The notes: a model not told the origin generated them from the letters alone. Shown: positions 1 through 9,953, numbered from the stretch's first letter. The stretch: 64,000 nucleotides of DNA from Candidatus Krumholzibacteriia bacterium (GCA_036351155.1 JAZBOO010000280.1:15347-79346), one strand, 5' to 3'. Made by a program: numbers and translations.

Positions 1-534
1 AAGATGAATCGCAAGAAGATCGCCCTGCTGCGGCGCGAGATAGGGTTCGTTTTCCAGGACTTCCGGCTGCTGGAAGACCGCAGCGTGGAAGAGAACGTTG
101 CTTTCGCGCAACTCGTTGTGGGCGTGTCAAATGCTGAGATCAAGAAGAACGTCATGCGCGTGCTCACCCAGGTGGGCTTGCACGACAAGAAGCACCGCCG
201 GCCCCGCGAGCTGAGCGGCGGGGAGCAGCAGCGGGTGGCCATCGCCCGGGCCATGGTCAACAGTCCCAAGATCCTGCTGGCCGACGAGCCCACCGGCAAC
301 CTCGATCCGGTCACTGCGCAGGAGATCATCGACCTGCTGTTCCGCATCAACGATGGGGGCACCTGCGTGATCTTCAGCACCCACGACCACGAAATCGTCA
401 AGACCTTCGGCCAGAGGGTCATGATCATCGACGGGGGCAAGGTCAAGTCCGATATCCAGCGCCGCCAGGCGGTCGACCGCAACGCCCGTCTGACCGACAA
501 GATGTTCCAGGCCGAGGAGGCCCTCCATGCTTAA
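1..534 (+). CDS. ftsE: Cell division ABC ATPase FtsE (5' truncated by window edge)
   Basis: LRREIGFVFQDFRLL, signature LSGGEQQR, Walker B LLADEPTGNLD. Walker A lies upstream of the window. Overlaps ftsX. Confidence 0.93.
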   Translation, partial: KMNRKKIALLRREIGFVFQDFRLLEDRSVEENVAFAQLVVGVSNAEIKKNVMRVLTQVGLHDKKHRRPRELSGGEQQRVAIARAMVNSPKILLADEPTGNLDPVTAQEIIDLLFRINDGGTCVIFSTHDHEIVKTFGQRVMIIDGGKVKSDIQRRQAVDRNARLTDKMFQAEEALHA

Positions 535-1411
535 GCGCGCCCAGTTCAGCTACATCGTGCGGGAATCGTTCGCCGGCTTCCACCGGCGGAAATTGACCAC
601 GGGTGTCACCATCCTGATCATGGGTTCGTCCCTGCTGGTCCTGGCCGTCCTGACCCTGGCCACCCTGAATCTGGGCTATCTGCTGGAATCGGCCCGCGCC
701 AGCATCGACGTGCGGGTTTTCCTGAAGGAAGGCCTGGCCACCGAGGAGGTGGCCGAGCTTCAGCCCCGCCTGGTGGTCATTCCCGGGGTGCAGCAGGTGA
801 ACTTCATCACGCCGGAGGCGGCCCTGCACGAGTTCCGGGCCAGCCTGGGGGAAGATGCCGACATTCTCGACCTGATGGACACCAACCCCTTGCCCGCCTC
901 TTACCACCTGACGCTGAATCCGAACGCGCGCAACCTGGACGCCGTGCGGGCGATCCGGGACGAGATCGCCGCCTGGCCCGAATCGGGCGACGTGGTGTTC
1001 AACCAGGCCTGGGTGGACGCGCTGGAGGCCTGGGCTTTCCGCTTCCAGGTGGCCAGCCTGATCGTGGGCCTGGTGGTCTTCTTCGCGGCCGTGTTCGTGA
1101 TCTCCAACACCGTCAAGCTGACCATGGCGGCCAACGCCCGGGTGATCTCCATCCAGAAGCTGGTCGGGGCCACCAACGGGTTCATTCGCACGCCCTACCT
1201 CATGGAAGGCATCATCCAGGGGCTGCTGGCCGGAATGCTGGCCATGGGGCTGCTGGCCGGGGCGGGACATATCTTCGGCGATCAGGTGGGCGACGTGGTT
1301 TTCTTCGCGCCCGGTCAGATTGCCGGCTTTATCGGCTTCTGCGTGTTGCTGGGATTCCTGGGGTCCTGGTCGGCCATGCGCAAGTACCTGCGCCTGGGGA
1401 GTGAAATCTGA
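527..1411 (+). CDS. ftsX: Cell division permease FtsX
   Basis: Four TM segments, NPLPAS periplasmic motif, ISNTVKLT...LVGAT..FIRTPY..EG. Lies between ftsE and envC. Confidence 0.93.
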   Translation: MLKRAQFSYIVRESFAGFHRRKLTTGVTILIMGSSLLVLAVLTLATLNLGYLLESARASIDVRVFLKEGLATEEVAELQPRLVVIPGVQQVNFITPEAALHEFRASLGEDADILDLMDTNPLPASYHLTLNPNARNLDAVRAIRDEIAAWPESGDVVFNQAWVDALEAWAFRFQVASLIVGLVVFFAAVFVISNTVKLTMAANARVISIQKLVGATNGFIRTPYLMEGIIQGLLAGMLAMGLLAGAGHIFGDQVGDVVFFAPGQIAGFIGFCVLLGFLGSWSAMRKYLRLGSEI

Positions 1412-2616
1412 TGACATGGTGGCGTAAAAGCAGTGCCTGGTTGCTGATTCCGGTGGCCATGTTGACCCTGGCGGTGGCCGGGGCCCAGGAGAACGATCGC
1501 AATGCCGATCTGTTGCGGGGCAAGATGGCCGAGAGCGAGAAGGAGCTGACGGCCATCCGCGAGGAGATCAGGGCCCAGCAGAACCGGATGAAGGGGCTGG
1601 ACACCCGTGAGGCCGAGGTGACCCGGGACCATCAGGAAATCCTGGCCGAGATCGACCTGATCCAGCAGCTGCTCAGCGGCATGGATCAGCGTCAGCGCCT
1701 GCTCGAAGAGCAGAAGGAGGGGCTGCAGGTTTCCCTGGAGCGCAGCCGGCGCGCCTACCGGGGGGGGCAGGAAGCCCTGGCGGAAAACCTGCGGGCCATG
1801 TACCGGCGGGGCCGTTTCGGACGGGTGGAGATGATCCTCACCTCGCCCAGCTTTTCCAGCTTCGTGACCCGGATGCGCTACGAAGCCCTGCTGACCCGGC
1901 TGGGTGCGGGGCTGGTGGAGCAGACCAAGCAGGAAGCCATCAACATCCACAGCCGGCAGAAGCAGCTGGAAGTGGCCCAGGCCGAGATCAACCTCTCGCG
2001 GCAGGAGGCTTCGGCCCAGACCAGCCGCCTGGAAGATCTGGTGGCCGAGCAGATGGCCGCCTTGCGCGACCTCAAGGGTGAGCGTCAGAGCATCAGCGGC
2101 CGTTTGCTGGAACTGAGCATGAACGAGCAGCGACTGTCCTACGTGCTGGAAGACCTTGAGCAGCAGCGCCAGGAGAAAGCCGCGCGCCAGGTGCCTCCGA
2201 CCACGGGCTCGCTGCAGGAGATGGCCGGGCAGCTGGAATGGCCCGTTCAGGGCGAGCTGCCGCGGGGGTTCGGCCGGTCGGTGCACCCACGATTCAAGAC
2301 CGTCACCCTGAACAATGGTGTGAACATTGCCGCGTCGGTGGGGGCCCCGGTGGCCGCCGTGGGCCTGGGCGTGGTGGAATTCGCGGATGTTTTGCCTGGA
2401 TTCGGTCAATGCGTTATCCTTGATCACGACAATGGGTACTACACCCTTTACGCGCATCTGGACCGGACCTTCGTGACCAAGGGGCAGGATATTGCCCGAG
2501 GCCAGGTCATTGCCGAGGTCGGACGCCCCGAACCCGGAGAGCCCTCGCAGCTCTATTTCGAGGTTCGGCTGGGCAAGACGCCCCTGGATCCCGCCGACTG
2601 GTTGAGGACGCGGTAG
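1411..2616 (+). CDS. envC: Murein hydrolase activator EnvC (coiled coil plus degenerate M23/LytM domain)
   Basis: Signal peptide, long coiled coil, WPVQG...YAHL...LYFEVR...PLDP. HxxxD is replaced by NNGVNI. ftsEX synteny. Confidence 0.85.
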   Translation: MTWWRKSSAWLLIPVAMLTLAVAGAQENDRNADLLRGKMAESEKELTAIREEIRAQQNRMKGLDTREAEVTRDHQEILAEIDLIQQLLSGMDQRQRLLEEQKEGLQVSLERSRRAYRGGQEALAENLRAMYRRGRFGRVEMILTSPSFSSFVTRMRYEALLTRLGAGLVEQTKQEAINIHSRQKQLEVAQAEINLSRQEASAQTSRLEDLVAEQMAALRDLKGERQSISGRLLELSMNEQRLSYVLEDLEQQRQEKAARQVPPTTGSLQEMAGQLEWPVQGELPRGFGRSVHPRFKTVTLNNGVNIAASVGAPVAAVGLGVVEFADVLPGFGQCVILDHDNGYYTLYAHLDRTFVTKGQDIARGQVIAEVGRPEPGEPSQLYFEVRLGKTPLDPADWLRTR

Positions 2617-2659
2617 TTCCGGACCCGACCGCGCACCCATCCGAACAGCGGAGCATACC

Positions 2660-3841
2660 GTGGGCAGGACCGCCTTTCCCGGCCGCCAGGCCGTTCTCGA
2701 CAAGCTGCTCCAGGTCAAGCAGGGCGACAAGCTGGGGCAACCGTTCCTGCTGGTGGGGCCCGAGGGCAGCGGCAAGGAAAACACCGCCCTCGAATTTGCC
2801 CGCTTGCTCAACTGTGTCGCGCCGCAGACCTGCGGGCCCGCCCGCCTGTGTGAAAGCTGCGTCAAGATCCTGGGCTTCCAGCACCCTGATGTCCGCTGGA
2901 TCGGGCCGGCCCCGGCGGCCATCAAGGAAGCCGAGGTGCGGGACCTCTTCGATGCCAAGATCGCCAACCCCTTCTTTCAGCCGCCCTACGCCGCCACCAG
3001 TTTCGTCAGCATCGGCGATCCCGAAAATCCGGGCCCGCTCTCCATCCGGTCCATCATCCACTTTCTGCGGCGGCGTGCTTTTCAGAGCCCGTACAAGGTG
3101 GCCGTGGTGGCCGACGGCCATCGCATGAACGCGGCGGCGGCCAACGCCTTTCTGAAAACACTGGAGGAGCCGCCTCCGGCCACGGTCATCTTCGTGCTGA
3201 GCACCGGCACCGAGGGCATGCTGCCCACCATCCTGTCCCGCTGCCAGAAGATCCGCTTCGAGCCCTGGCCCGAGACCGAGCTGGTCACGCTGCTAGGCAC
3301 CATGACCGATCAGCCGCCCGAGGCGGTGAGCCAGGCCGTGCGCGTCAGCGACGGCAATGCGCGTCGGGCTCTGGAACTGCTGCGGCCCGAAACCGGGATG
3401 GTGCTGGACTGGGCGGCCCAGGTCTTCGGCTGGATCCAGGAGCAGAGACATGCCCTGGCCGGCATTGCGGCCGATGAGATCCACCGCGGCCTGCTGGGGC
3501 ACGCCGTGCTGCCGGAAGGGGCGGGGCCCAAGACGGGTGAGCTGAAGGACACGGCCAGCCGGCGCAATCGCGCAATCCAGTTGTGTGAACTGCTCAACTT
3601 GCACTACAGTGACACGGTGGGCCTGATCGAGGCCGGCGACCAGTGGCCTTGCCGACTGCCCGCGATGGCGTCGGTCACGGGCCAGGCGGCGCGCCGTCGA
3701 CAGACGGCCACCTTGCTGAAGGACATGGAAAGGATCGATGCCGCCCGCGGGGACATCGACCGCAACCTCAACATCGGACTGGTCCTGGCGGTCCTGTTCG
3801 AAGAATTGATAGAGAATGTCCGAAGAGATCAGACCAGCTGA
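2660..3841 (+). CDS. holB: DNA polymerase III delta' subunit
   Basis: GPEGSGK, Zn-module cysteines, HPDV, AANAFLKTLEEP, TILSRCQ. Upstream of the PSP1 gene. Confidence 0.9.
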   Translation: MGRTAFPGRQAVLDKLLQVKQGDKLGQPFLLVGPEGSGKENTALEFARLLNCVAPQTCGPARLCESCVKILGFQHPDVRWIGPAPAAIKEAEVRDLFDAKIANPFFQPPYAATSFVSIGDPENPGPLSIRSIIHFLRRRAFQSPYKVAVVADGHRMNAAAANAFLKTLEEPPPATVIFVLSTGTEGMLPTILSRCQKIRFEPWPETELVTLLGTMTDQPPEAVSQAVRVSDGNARRALELLRPETGMVLDWAAQVFGWIQEQRHALAGIAADEIHRGLLGHAVLPEGAGPKTGELKDTASRRNRAIQLCELLNLHYSDTVGLIEAGDQWPCRLPAMASVTGQAARRRQTATLLKDMERIDAARGDIDRNLNIGLVLAVLFEELIENVRRDQTS

Positions 3842-4778
3842 TGAATCCATCCCGGGCCCGGTGCCCGGTCTGGATGTCCCCTTGCCGGCTCCGGATGAGC
3901 CGGAGCTGGTGCTGGTGCAGTTCAAGGGCCACCGCAAGGGCTACTATCACAATCGGAACCGGCTGGATCTGGTGCGCGGTCAGTACTGCGTGGTCGAGGC
4001 GGACCGGGGCCGCGACATGGGGCGGATCACCTACATCGGGCCCGGCAAGCCGGAGTGGTGGGGCACCGCCAACATGCAGGGTGTGCTGGCGGTGGCCGAC
4101 GAGAAGGACCTGGAACGACTGCACAACAATCGGGGCGACGAGTGGGAGTTCTGGGATATCTGCCAGGAGAAGATCCAGTACCGTCGGTTGAAGATGAACC
4201 TGGTCAGCGTCGAGCGGCAGTTCGACCACAAGAAGATCACCTTTTATTTCACGGCCGAGAAGCGGGTCGACTTTCGCGAACTTGTGCGGGACCTGGCCGC
4301 CGTGTTCCGCACCCGCATCGAGCTGCGGCAAATCGGTGTGCGCGATGAGGCTCGTCTGAAGGGCGGGCTGGGCATCTGCGGCCGCGAGTTCTGCTGCTCC
4401 GGTTTCCTTCACGAATTTTTGCCCGTCACCCTGAAGATGGCCAAGGTGCAGCAGCTGCCCCTGAACCCCGGCAAGCTGAGCGGCCCCTGTGGCCGGCTGC
4501 GCTGCTGCCTGACCTTCGAGCAGGATGTGTATCAGGAAGTCCGCCGTCGGTTGCCCCGCGTGGGGGCCAGGGTGCAGACACCCGCCGGCCCCGGAACGGT
4601 GCGCAAGCTGGACCTGCTGCAGGAAGAGGTGGGCGTTTCGGTGCCCGGAGTGGATGGACTGAGCGTCTATCGCGCGGCGGACCTGTGCTGGGACGGCGAT
4701 GCTGATCTGCCCGAGCCGCGATCAATAAATTCGTCCAGCTGTGGCCAGGGCGGCTGTTCCCGGAGAGGCCCCCATTGA
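3816..4778 (+). CDS. ricT: PSP1-domain Fe-S regulatory protein RicT/YaaT
   Basis: FYFTAEKRVDFRELVRDLA, RIELRQIGVRDE, GICGREFCC, LSGPCGRLRCCL. Confidence 0.9.
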   Translation: MSEEIRPADESIPGPVPGLDVPLPAPDEPELVLVQFKGHRKGYYHNRNRLDLVRGQYCVVEADRGRDMGRITYIGPGKPEWWGTANMQGVLAVADEKDLERLHNNRGDEWEFWDICQEKIQYRRLKMNLVSVERQFDHKKITFYFTAEKRVDFRELVRDLAAVFRTRIELRQIGVRDEARLKGGLGICGREFCCSGFLHEFLPVTLKMAKVQQLPLNPGKLSGPCGRLRCCLTFEQDVYQEVRRRLPRVGARVQTPAGPGTVRKLDLLQEEVGVSVPGVDGLSVYRAADLCWDGDADLPEPRSINSSSCGQGGCSRRGPH

Positions 4779-5578
4779 TCGACAGCCACGTCCACCTGAA
4801 CCGCCAGGAACTTTCCGGTGAAACCGCCGCCGTTCTGGAACGGGCCGCCGCCGCCGGTGTCCACGGCTTCCTGAACGTGGGGTATGATCTGGAGACCAGC
4901 GAAGCCTCCATTGCCCTGGCCGAATCCGACCCCCGCATTCTGGCCACCGTGGGCATTCATCCTCATGACGCGCTGCTGCTGGCCGACGACCAGGGGAAAA
5001 TCACCCCCGCTGGTGAAACCGCCCTGGCCCGGCTGGAAGAGCTGGCGGCGCATCCCCGGGTGGTGGGCATCGGGGAAATCGGTCTCGATTTTTTTCGCGA
5101 CCTTTCGCCCCGTCCGGCCCAGGCGGCGGCCATGACCTGGCAGCTGCAGCTGGCCAATCGGCTGGAACTGCCGGTGGTGTTCCATATCCGTGACGCCTGG
5201 CCGGAAACCCTGCAGCTGATCGACCAGGTGGGTGTTCCGGTCAAGGGCGGCGTGCTCCACAGTTTCAGCGGCACGCCCGAGAATGTGGAATGGGCTCGGG
5301 CCCGGGGCATGCACCTGGGGATTGGCGGGCCGGTGACCTACAAGAACAGCCACCTGCCCCAGCTGGTGGAGCAGGCGGGCCTGGACCTGCTGCTTCTGGA
5401 AACCGATGCGCCCTGGCTGCCCCCGGTGCCCTACCGGGGCAAGCGCAACGAGCCGGCTTATCTGGCCCATACCCGCGATGGCATCGCTTTGGCACTGAAC
5501 TTGCCACCAGATGAGGTGGCCCAGAGGACCACAGCCAACTTCCAGCAGATCTTCGGCGGAGGACTCGGTGACACGTAG
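4775..5578 (+). CDS. tatD: TatD-family metal-dependent nuclease
   Basis: DSHVH, GIHPH, GEIGLD, HIRD, HSFSG, ETDAP, RNEP. Confidence 0.93.
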   Translation: MIDSHVHLNRQELSGETAAVLERAAAAGVHGFLNVGYDLETSEASIALAESDPRILATVGIHPHDALLLADDQGKITPAGETALARLEELAAHPRVVGIGEIGLDFFRDLSPRPAQAAAMTWQLQLANRLELPVVFHIRDAWPETLQLIDQVGVPVKGGVLHSFSGTPENVEWARARGMHLGIGGPVTYKNSHLPQLVEQAGLDLLLLETDAPWLPPVPYRGKRNEPAYLAHTRDGIALALNLPPDEVAQRTTANFQQIFGGGLGDT

Positions 5579-6404
5579 CCAGCAGAATCTTTTGCGGGAT
5601 TACGGCATCAAACCGGTGAAACGGCGCGGTCAGAATTTCCTGATCGACACCAATCTGGCCCGGTCCATCGCCCAGGATACCCTGGAACTCGGCCGTGAAA
5701 TCCTGGAACTGGGGGCGGGCGGCGGGGCCCTGACCGTCCACCTATTGGGACAGGCGTCCCGTGTGGTGTGCGTGGAAGTGGACCGTCACCTGTGTGCCTT
5801 GCTGCAGGCGGAATTCGGTCATCTGCCAGAATTCCAGCTGGTGGAAGGCGATCTGGCCAAGCTGGACTGGACAGCCACCCTGGACCTGGCCGGACCGCGG
5901 CCCGTGGTGGCCGGCAACCTGCCCTACGTCCTGACCAGCAAGGTCCTGTTTGCCCTGGCCGACCACCGCAACCGCACCGCAGGCGGGGTGTTCATGGTCC
6001 AGAAAGAGGTGGCCGAACGGTTGACCGCCACCCCGGGAGGCCGGGACTACGGGATCCTGGCGGTGGTCCTGGGCTCGCTGTTTGAAATCAGACTGGTGCG
6101 AACGGTACCTTCTACCGTATTTTGGCCCCGGCCCGAGGTGGCATCGGCCATCGTGCGGCTGGTGCCCGGGGAAATCTGGGAGGATGCCGAGTACCACCAG
6201 TTCACCGCCGTGGTGAAGACCCTGTTCGGGCAACGCCGGAAAAAATTGCGCACCCAGCTGCGGGCGCATTTCCAGCTGGAAGGTGCCGAGATCGACGATC
6301 TCTGCCGACCCATCGATCTGGACCCCGATCTCAGGCCCGAGCAGATCGAGGCTTCATTGCTACGTCAACTGGCCGCGAAGCTGCCGCGGAAGGACAGTTC
6401 TTGA
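5568..6404 (+). CDS. rsmA: 16S rRNA m6,2A dimethyltransferase RsmA/KsgA
   Basis: GQNFL, ELGAGGGALT, GNLPY, MVQKEVAERL, FGQRRK. Start moved to GTG 5568 behind GGAGGA. Confidence 0.93.
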   Translation: MTRSQQNLLRDYGIKPVKRRGQNFLIDTNLARSIAQDTLELGREILELGAGGGALTVHLLGQASRVVCVEVDRHLCALLQAEFGHLPEFQLVEGDLAKLDWTATLDLAGPRPVVAGNLPYVLTSKVLFALADHRNRTAGGVFMVQKEVAERLTATPGGRDYGILAVVLGSLFEIRLVRTVPSTVFWPRPEVASAIVRLVPGEIWEDAEYHQFTAVVKTLFGQRRKKLRTQLRAHFQLEGAEIDDLCRPIDLDPDLRPEQIEASLLRQLAAKLPRKDSS

Positions 6405-8482
6405 ACTTGCATCGCTCCGGAGCAGGCAACACGAAAACACCGAGGCCCTGGCTGATCCTGGCCCTGGTCCTGTTGCTGTGTCCGGCGGTGGTCCTGGCCC
6501 AGGAATATGCCCAGGCCGACAGCCTGGCCACGGCCGATGGCGACACGCTGTCCGCCGATATGACCGTGGCCGAGATGGCCGCCCTGGAGAATGCGCGCAG
6601 CCGATCCGCCGAGGCCGAAGACCTGCCCACAGGGTTCTTCATCGGACTGAACAGCAGCGCCAAGGCCGGCATCAGTTTCGATGTCCGCGTGAACAGGTTC
6701 TACGGGGAGCTGAAGAACGATGTGGTCATGGCCGGGGGATCCACCTTCAACAACACGGCCAAGTGGTCCTGGGACGATTTTCGTCAGCAGGAGAAGACGG
6801 TGGATGTCCGCAACGACCGCTTCCTGTACAACTCCGGCACTCTGCTGCCTTTCAAGCTGAGCTCGAACGGAAGCTGGGACTGGTCCGAGGACAACACCAT
6901 CAACTCGGCCGGGTTCGAGAACCTCTCCAAGCGCGATTTCAAGACCGGCAACATCCAGCTCAACAAGCCCAAGTTCGATCTCGCGGGCATGAAAGCCATC
7001 CTGAAAACATCGGTGGGCACCAGCGACCAGAAGGCAGTCAGTCGCGACCAGCGCAACGATTTCACCGAGGCTTTTCTGGACGGTGGAGCCCAGCTGGGGC
7101 GGGAACTGGTCGAGGGTGTGGCTCTGGCCACCAGCGTGTACGGCAAGACCATCTCCGGTGACAAGACTCTGGGCGACAGCGCGGCGCCGACCACGACCAA
7201 CAGTGATTCGCTGGGCATCGGGGTCTACTTCGAGCGGGGAATTGCCAACGGCCGGTTGACCATTGCCCGCAGCAACTTCGAAGAGAAGTACCTGGACTAC
7301 CGGCGCAACACCACCGGGCAGATCGACACCGTGCGCGTGGACGAGTTTGACAAGGTTGTCGACGAGCTGAAGACCACCGATGCGGTGAGTGTCGAGTTCG
7401 AGAATCAGATGCGGGTGGGCCGGCTGGGTTTCCGGACTTCCCTGTCACGGGATGCGGACGAACTGGCTTACCAGGCCAGCGGTGTGGGCCGCAAGGAAAG
7501 GCAAACCGACAAGGCCCGGTTCGGACTCACCTATGCCACCGGACGGGACTCCTTCAGCCTGGACTATCACTACCTCTGGAAATGGGACGATCAGCGCCTC
7601 AAGAATGCGACGGCCAACCGCGGGCGTCAGTACATCAAGAATCGCGATCTGGATTTCTTCTACGGCCGTGAGCTTTTCAAGGCCACCGATCTCACTGTCA
7701 AGTACCACACGGGTCTGGGGCAGGATATCGCCCAGAATCAGTTCAACGCCAATGACAAGGATCGCCTGAACAACGACCTGTCCATTCAGATGGGGCGCGA
7801 CTGGCGGGGCAAGTTCAAGGTGGATCTGCTGTTTGCCTACAAGCAGAGCAAGGATGTGGCCATCCGGTCGACCAGCTCGGCCAACAACAACCTCAAGGAT
7901 TCTTACGAGGTGTCGCCGGGCTACCGCTGGCCGCTGGCCGACTGGCTGACCTTGAGCCAGACCTACCGCATCTATATCCAGTACACGGATTACGTGTATT
8001 CCGATCTGGAGCAGGTGACGCGCGAGGACGACTACAGCAAGCGGGGCAATCTGAACTCCATCGTGGTCATCAAACCGTCCAGGCGGCTTGAGGTGGCCAT
8101 CCGGCACGATTACAACAAACGATCCAGCGCCGTGAAATCGGCCACCGATGTTCTGGGCCGCACCAGCTACTTCACCAAGCAGAAGCAGGCCATCAACAAG
8201 ATCGATCTGGGGGCCACCTTCAAGTTGACCGAGGGGGTGACCATCGAGGCGGCCACCTTCCGGACTCGCGACTTCAAGGAGATTTTCGGCACCTCGGTGA
8301 GTGATAGCGAGGTCTTCAGCGGCGAGGTCTGGATCGGGGCCAAGGTGGATCAAGCGTGGGGCCCCAACGACGATCTGTTGCTGTCGGCGGTCATCAAGAA
8401 GTACAATGCCTTCGGGCCCAGCGTCACCGAAGAGACCAGTGATTACTGGGAAGCCGATGTCTCGCTGAAGTGGGGGTTCTAG
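6401..8482 (+). CDS. Uncharacterised large outer-membrane beta-barrel protein (about 693 aa)
   Basis: TTG start overlaps the rsmA stop (TTGA). Signal peptide ending VLA-QE, amphipathic strand pattern, C-terminal beta-signal WEADVSLKWGF. Confidence 0.7.
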   Translation: MNLHRSGAGNTKTPRPWLILALVLLLCPAVVLAQEYAQADSLATADGDTLSADMTVAEMAALENARSRSAEAEDLPTGFFIGLNSSAKAGISFDVRVNRFYGELKNDVVMAGGSTFNNTAKWSWDDFRQQEKTVDVRNDRFLYNSGTLLPFKLSSNGSWDWSEDNTINSAGFENLSKRDFKTGNIQLNKPKFDLAGMKAILKTSVGTSDQKAVSRDQRNDFTEAFLDGGAQLGRELVEGVALATSVYGKTISGDKTLGDSAAPTTTNSDSLGIGVYFERGIANGRLTIARSNFEEKYLDYRRNTTGQIDTVRVDEFDKVVDELKTTDAVSVEFENQMRVGRLGFRTSLSRDADELAYQASGVGRKERQTDKARFGLTYATGRDSFSLDYHYLWKWDDQRLKNATANRGRQYIKNRDLDFFYGRELFKATDLTVKYHTGLGQDIAQNQFNANDKDRLNNDLSIQMGRDWRGKFKVDLLFAYKQSKDVAIRSTSSANNNLKDSYEVSPGYRWPLADWLTLSQTYRIYIQYTDYVYSDLEQVTREDDYSKRGNLNSIVVIKPSRRLEVAIRHDYNKRSSAVKSATDVLGRTSYFTKQKQAINKIDLGATFKLTEGVTIEAATFRTRDFKEIFGTSVSDSEVFSGEVWIGAKVDQAWGPNDDLLLSAVIKKYNAFGPSVTEETSDYWEADVSLKWGF

Positions 8483-8483
8483 C

Positions 8484-9104
8484 ATGATGATCCTGGACCG
8501 AGGGCCCCGGCTGGGCCAGACCCTGGTGCTGACCCTGGGGCTGGCCATGTTCTTGAGTGGGTGTCTTTTTGAACCCCGCGATGACGAACCGCCTTCCCTG
8601 GGTGCCCAGGTCACGTACAACCCGCGGAACAGTCCGCGCAATGTCTGGGAGAACCTGCAAATTTCCCTCCAGAACAACGACAGCTTCGGCTGGGAGGAAA
8701 ATATCAGTCCCGATTTCACCTACGAGCCCGATTCGGAATCTGTGCCCGCGGATAATCCCGGTTTTTTTCAAGGCTGGAACTTCGAGCGAGAAAAGGCATT
8801 CATCAATAACTTCTATACCAGTCCGGTGACTTCTCAGGCCCAGATGCGCAACGACGAATTCATTGTCCCGGAAGCTTCGGGGGTCGAGGTGATCTGGACC
8901 GAGGTCATCTATTTTGTGCGGGTGACCAACACCAATGACAATTCCGAAATCCGGTATCGAGGTTCAGCAAATATCACCTTTAAGCTCGAGGGCAATTTCT
9001 GGTATGTTTACAGGTGGGTGGATCTCATCGGGGAAAATGACCCCGATACTGGTCAGCCATTGCCAACTCTGGGGGTGCTGCGCGGAACATTTGGTAGCAA
9101 TTAA
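8484..9104 (+). CDS. Uncharacterised lipoprotein, probable NTF2/SnoaL-like fold
   Basis: Lipobox LSGC. Helix-then-strand pattern ending G.A.ITF...GNFWYVYRWVD. Starts 1 nt after the barrel gene. Confidence 0.7.
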   Translation: MMILDRGPRLGQTLVLTLGLAMFLSGCLFEPRDDEPPSLGAQVTYNPRNSPRNVWENLQISLQNNDSFGWEENISPDFTYEPDSESVPADNPGFFQGWNFEREKAFINNFYTSPVTSQAQMRNDEFIVPEASGVEVIWTEVIYFVRVTNTNDNSEIRYRGSANITFKLEGNFWYVYRWVDLIGENDPDTGQPLPTLGVLRGTFGSN

Positions 9105-9234
9105 ACACAGTATATGTTAAATTCATGGGAGAGTATCCCGGTTTTTAACCGCAACATGCCGCGTTTCTGGTTGGGCTTCTCGTTCAAATTCCCTGTCACC
9201 CCAGGGAGGCCCTGGAATTATGGAGGACCGTGAG

Positions 9235-9861
9235 ATGAAAAGGAACTTTCTGTTACTCTTGATGGCCCTGGCCCTGATGGTCGGTCCGGCCGGTTGTATC
9301 TTCTCGCCCGACGATAATACAGGGGATCCCCCTGGAGGGAACACCGACCTGGAGTACCCCAAGGATCCCGATACCCTCATCAAAAATTTCAAGCGCATCT
9401 ACACCGAGATGCGGATTGATGATTTCAAGGCCATGCTCTTCAGCGAGTACAAGACCGTACTTCTGCCCTCGACTCTCGAGGAATGGAACGATGCGGGGAA
9501 CCCCCTGGCCGAGGATGTTTTCTACCGTGAGGACGAGATCAACATCCACCAGAACATGTTCTCCGGGAATACGGGGCTGCGACCGAATGGCGATACGGTT
9601 CCGCCCATCGCTTCCATCCAGGTTGATCTCCTCTCAAAGTTGACGAGCTGGGAGCTCATTCCCGAATCCCATGTCCATTTTTCCGGGCAGGGAGGGTACT
9701 GGGCCCTGTTCCATGTGAATCTTTCCTTCTACCTTCCGGACGGATCCCGATTCCAGGTTCAACAAAATGTGGAGTTCTACGTGGTGCCCACCGACGACAA
9801 CGGACGCACCAAGTGGCTGCTGCTGGGCCAGGTCGGGATCGAGCCCAGTAATGATCCCTAG
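9235..9861 (+). CDS. Uncharacterised lipoprotein, probable NTF2/SnoaL-like fold; likely paralog of the preceding gene
   Basis: GGAGG RBS then MKRN, hydrophobic stretch, lipobox PAGC. GCIFSP resembles GCLFEP in the previous gene. Confidence 0.7.
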   Translation: MKRNFLLLLMALALMVGPAGCIFSPDDNTGDPPGGNTDLEYPKDPDTLIKNFKRIYTEMRIDDFKAMLFSEYKTVLLPSTLEEWNDAGNPLAEDVFYREDEINIHQNMFSGNTGLRPNGDTVPPIASIQVDLLSKLTSWELIPESHVHFSGQGGYWALFHVNLSFYLPDGSRFQVQQNVEFYVVPTDDNGRTKWLLLGQVGIEPSNDP

Positions 9862-9902
9862 ACCCGGGCCCTTGGCCGGATCTGCTTGACAGCCGATACA
9901 CA

Positions 9903-9932
9903 AAGAGGGAGCCTTGACGGGCTCCTTCTTTT
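9903..9932 (+). terminator. Intrinsic terminator after the lipoprotein pair
   Basis: AAGAGGGAGCC-ttgacg-GGCTCCTTCTT stem running into TTCTTTT. Confidence 0.65.
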
Positions 9933-9953
9933 CCCCGCATATGGAGATGCGAC

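Noticed and set aside
6122..6400. N-terminal extensions in the ORF track (also 5511, 12756, 27478, 28892, 40591, 42766, 54527, 59256)
   Set aside because: They overlap upstream genes, terminators or promoter DNA. Downstream starts have RBSs, signal peptides or stop/start coupling.
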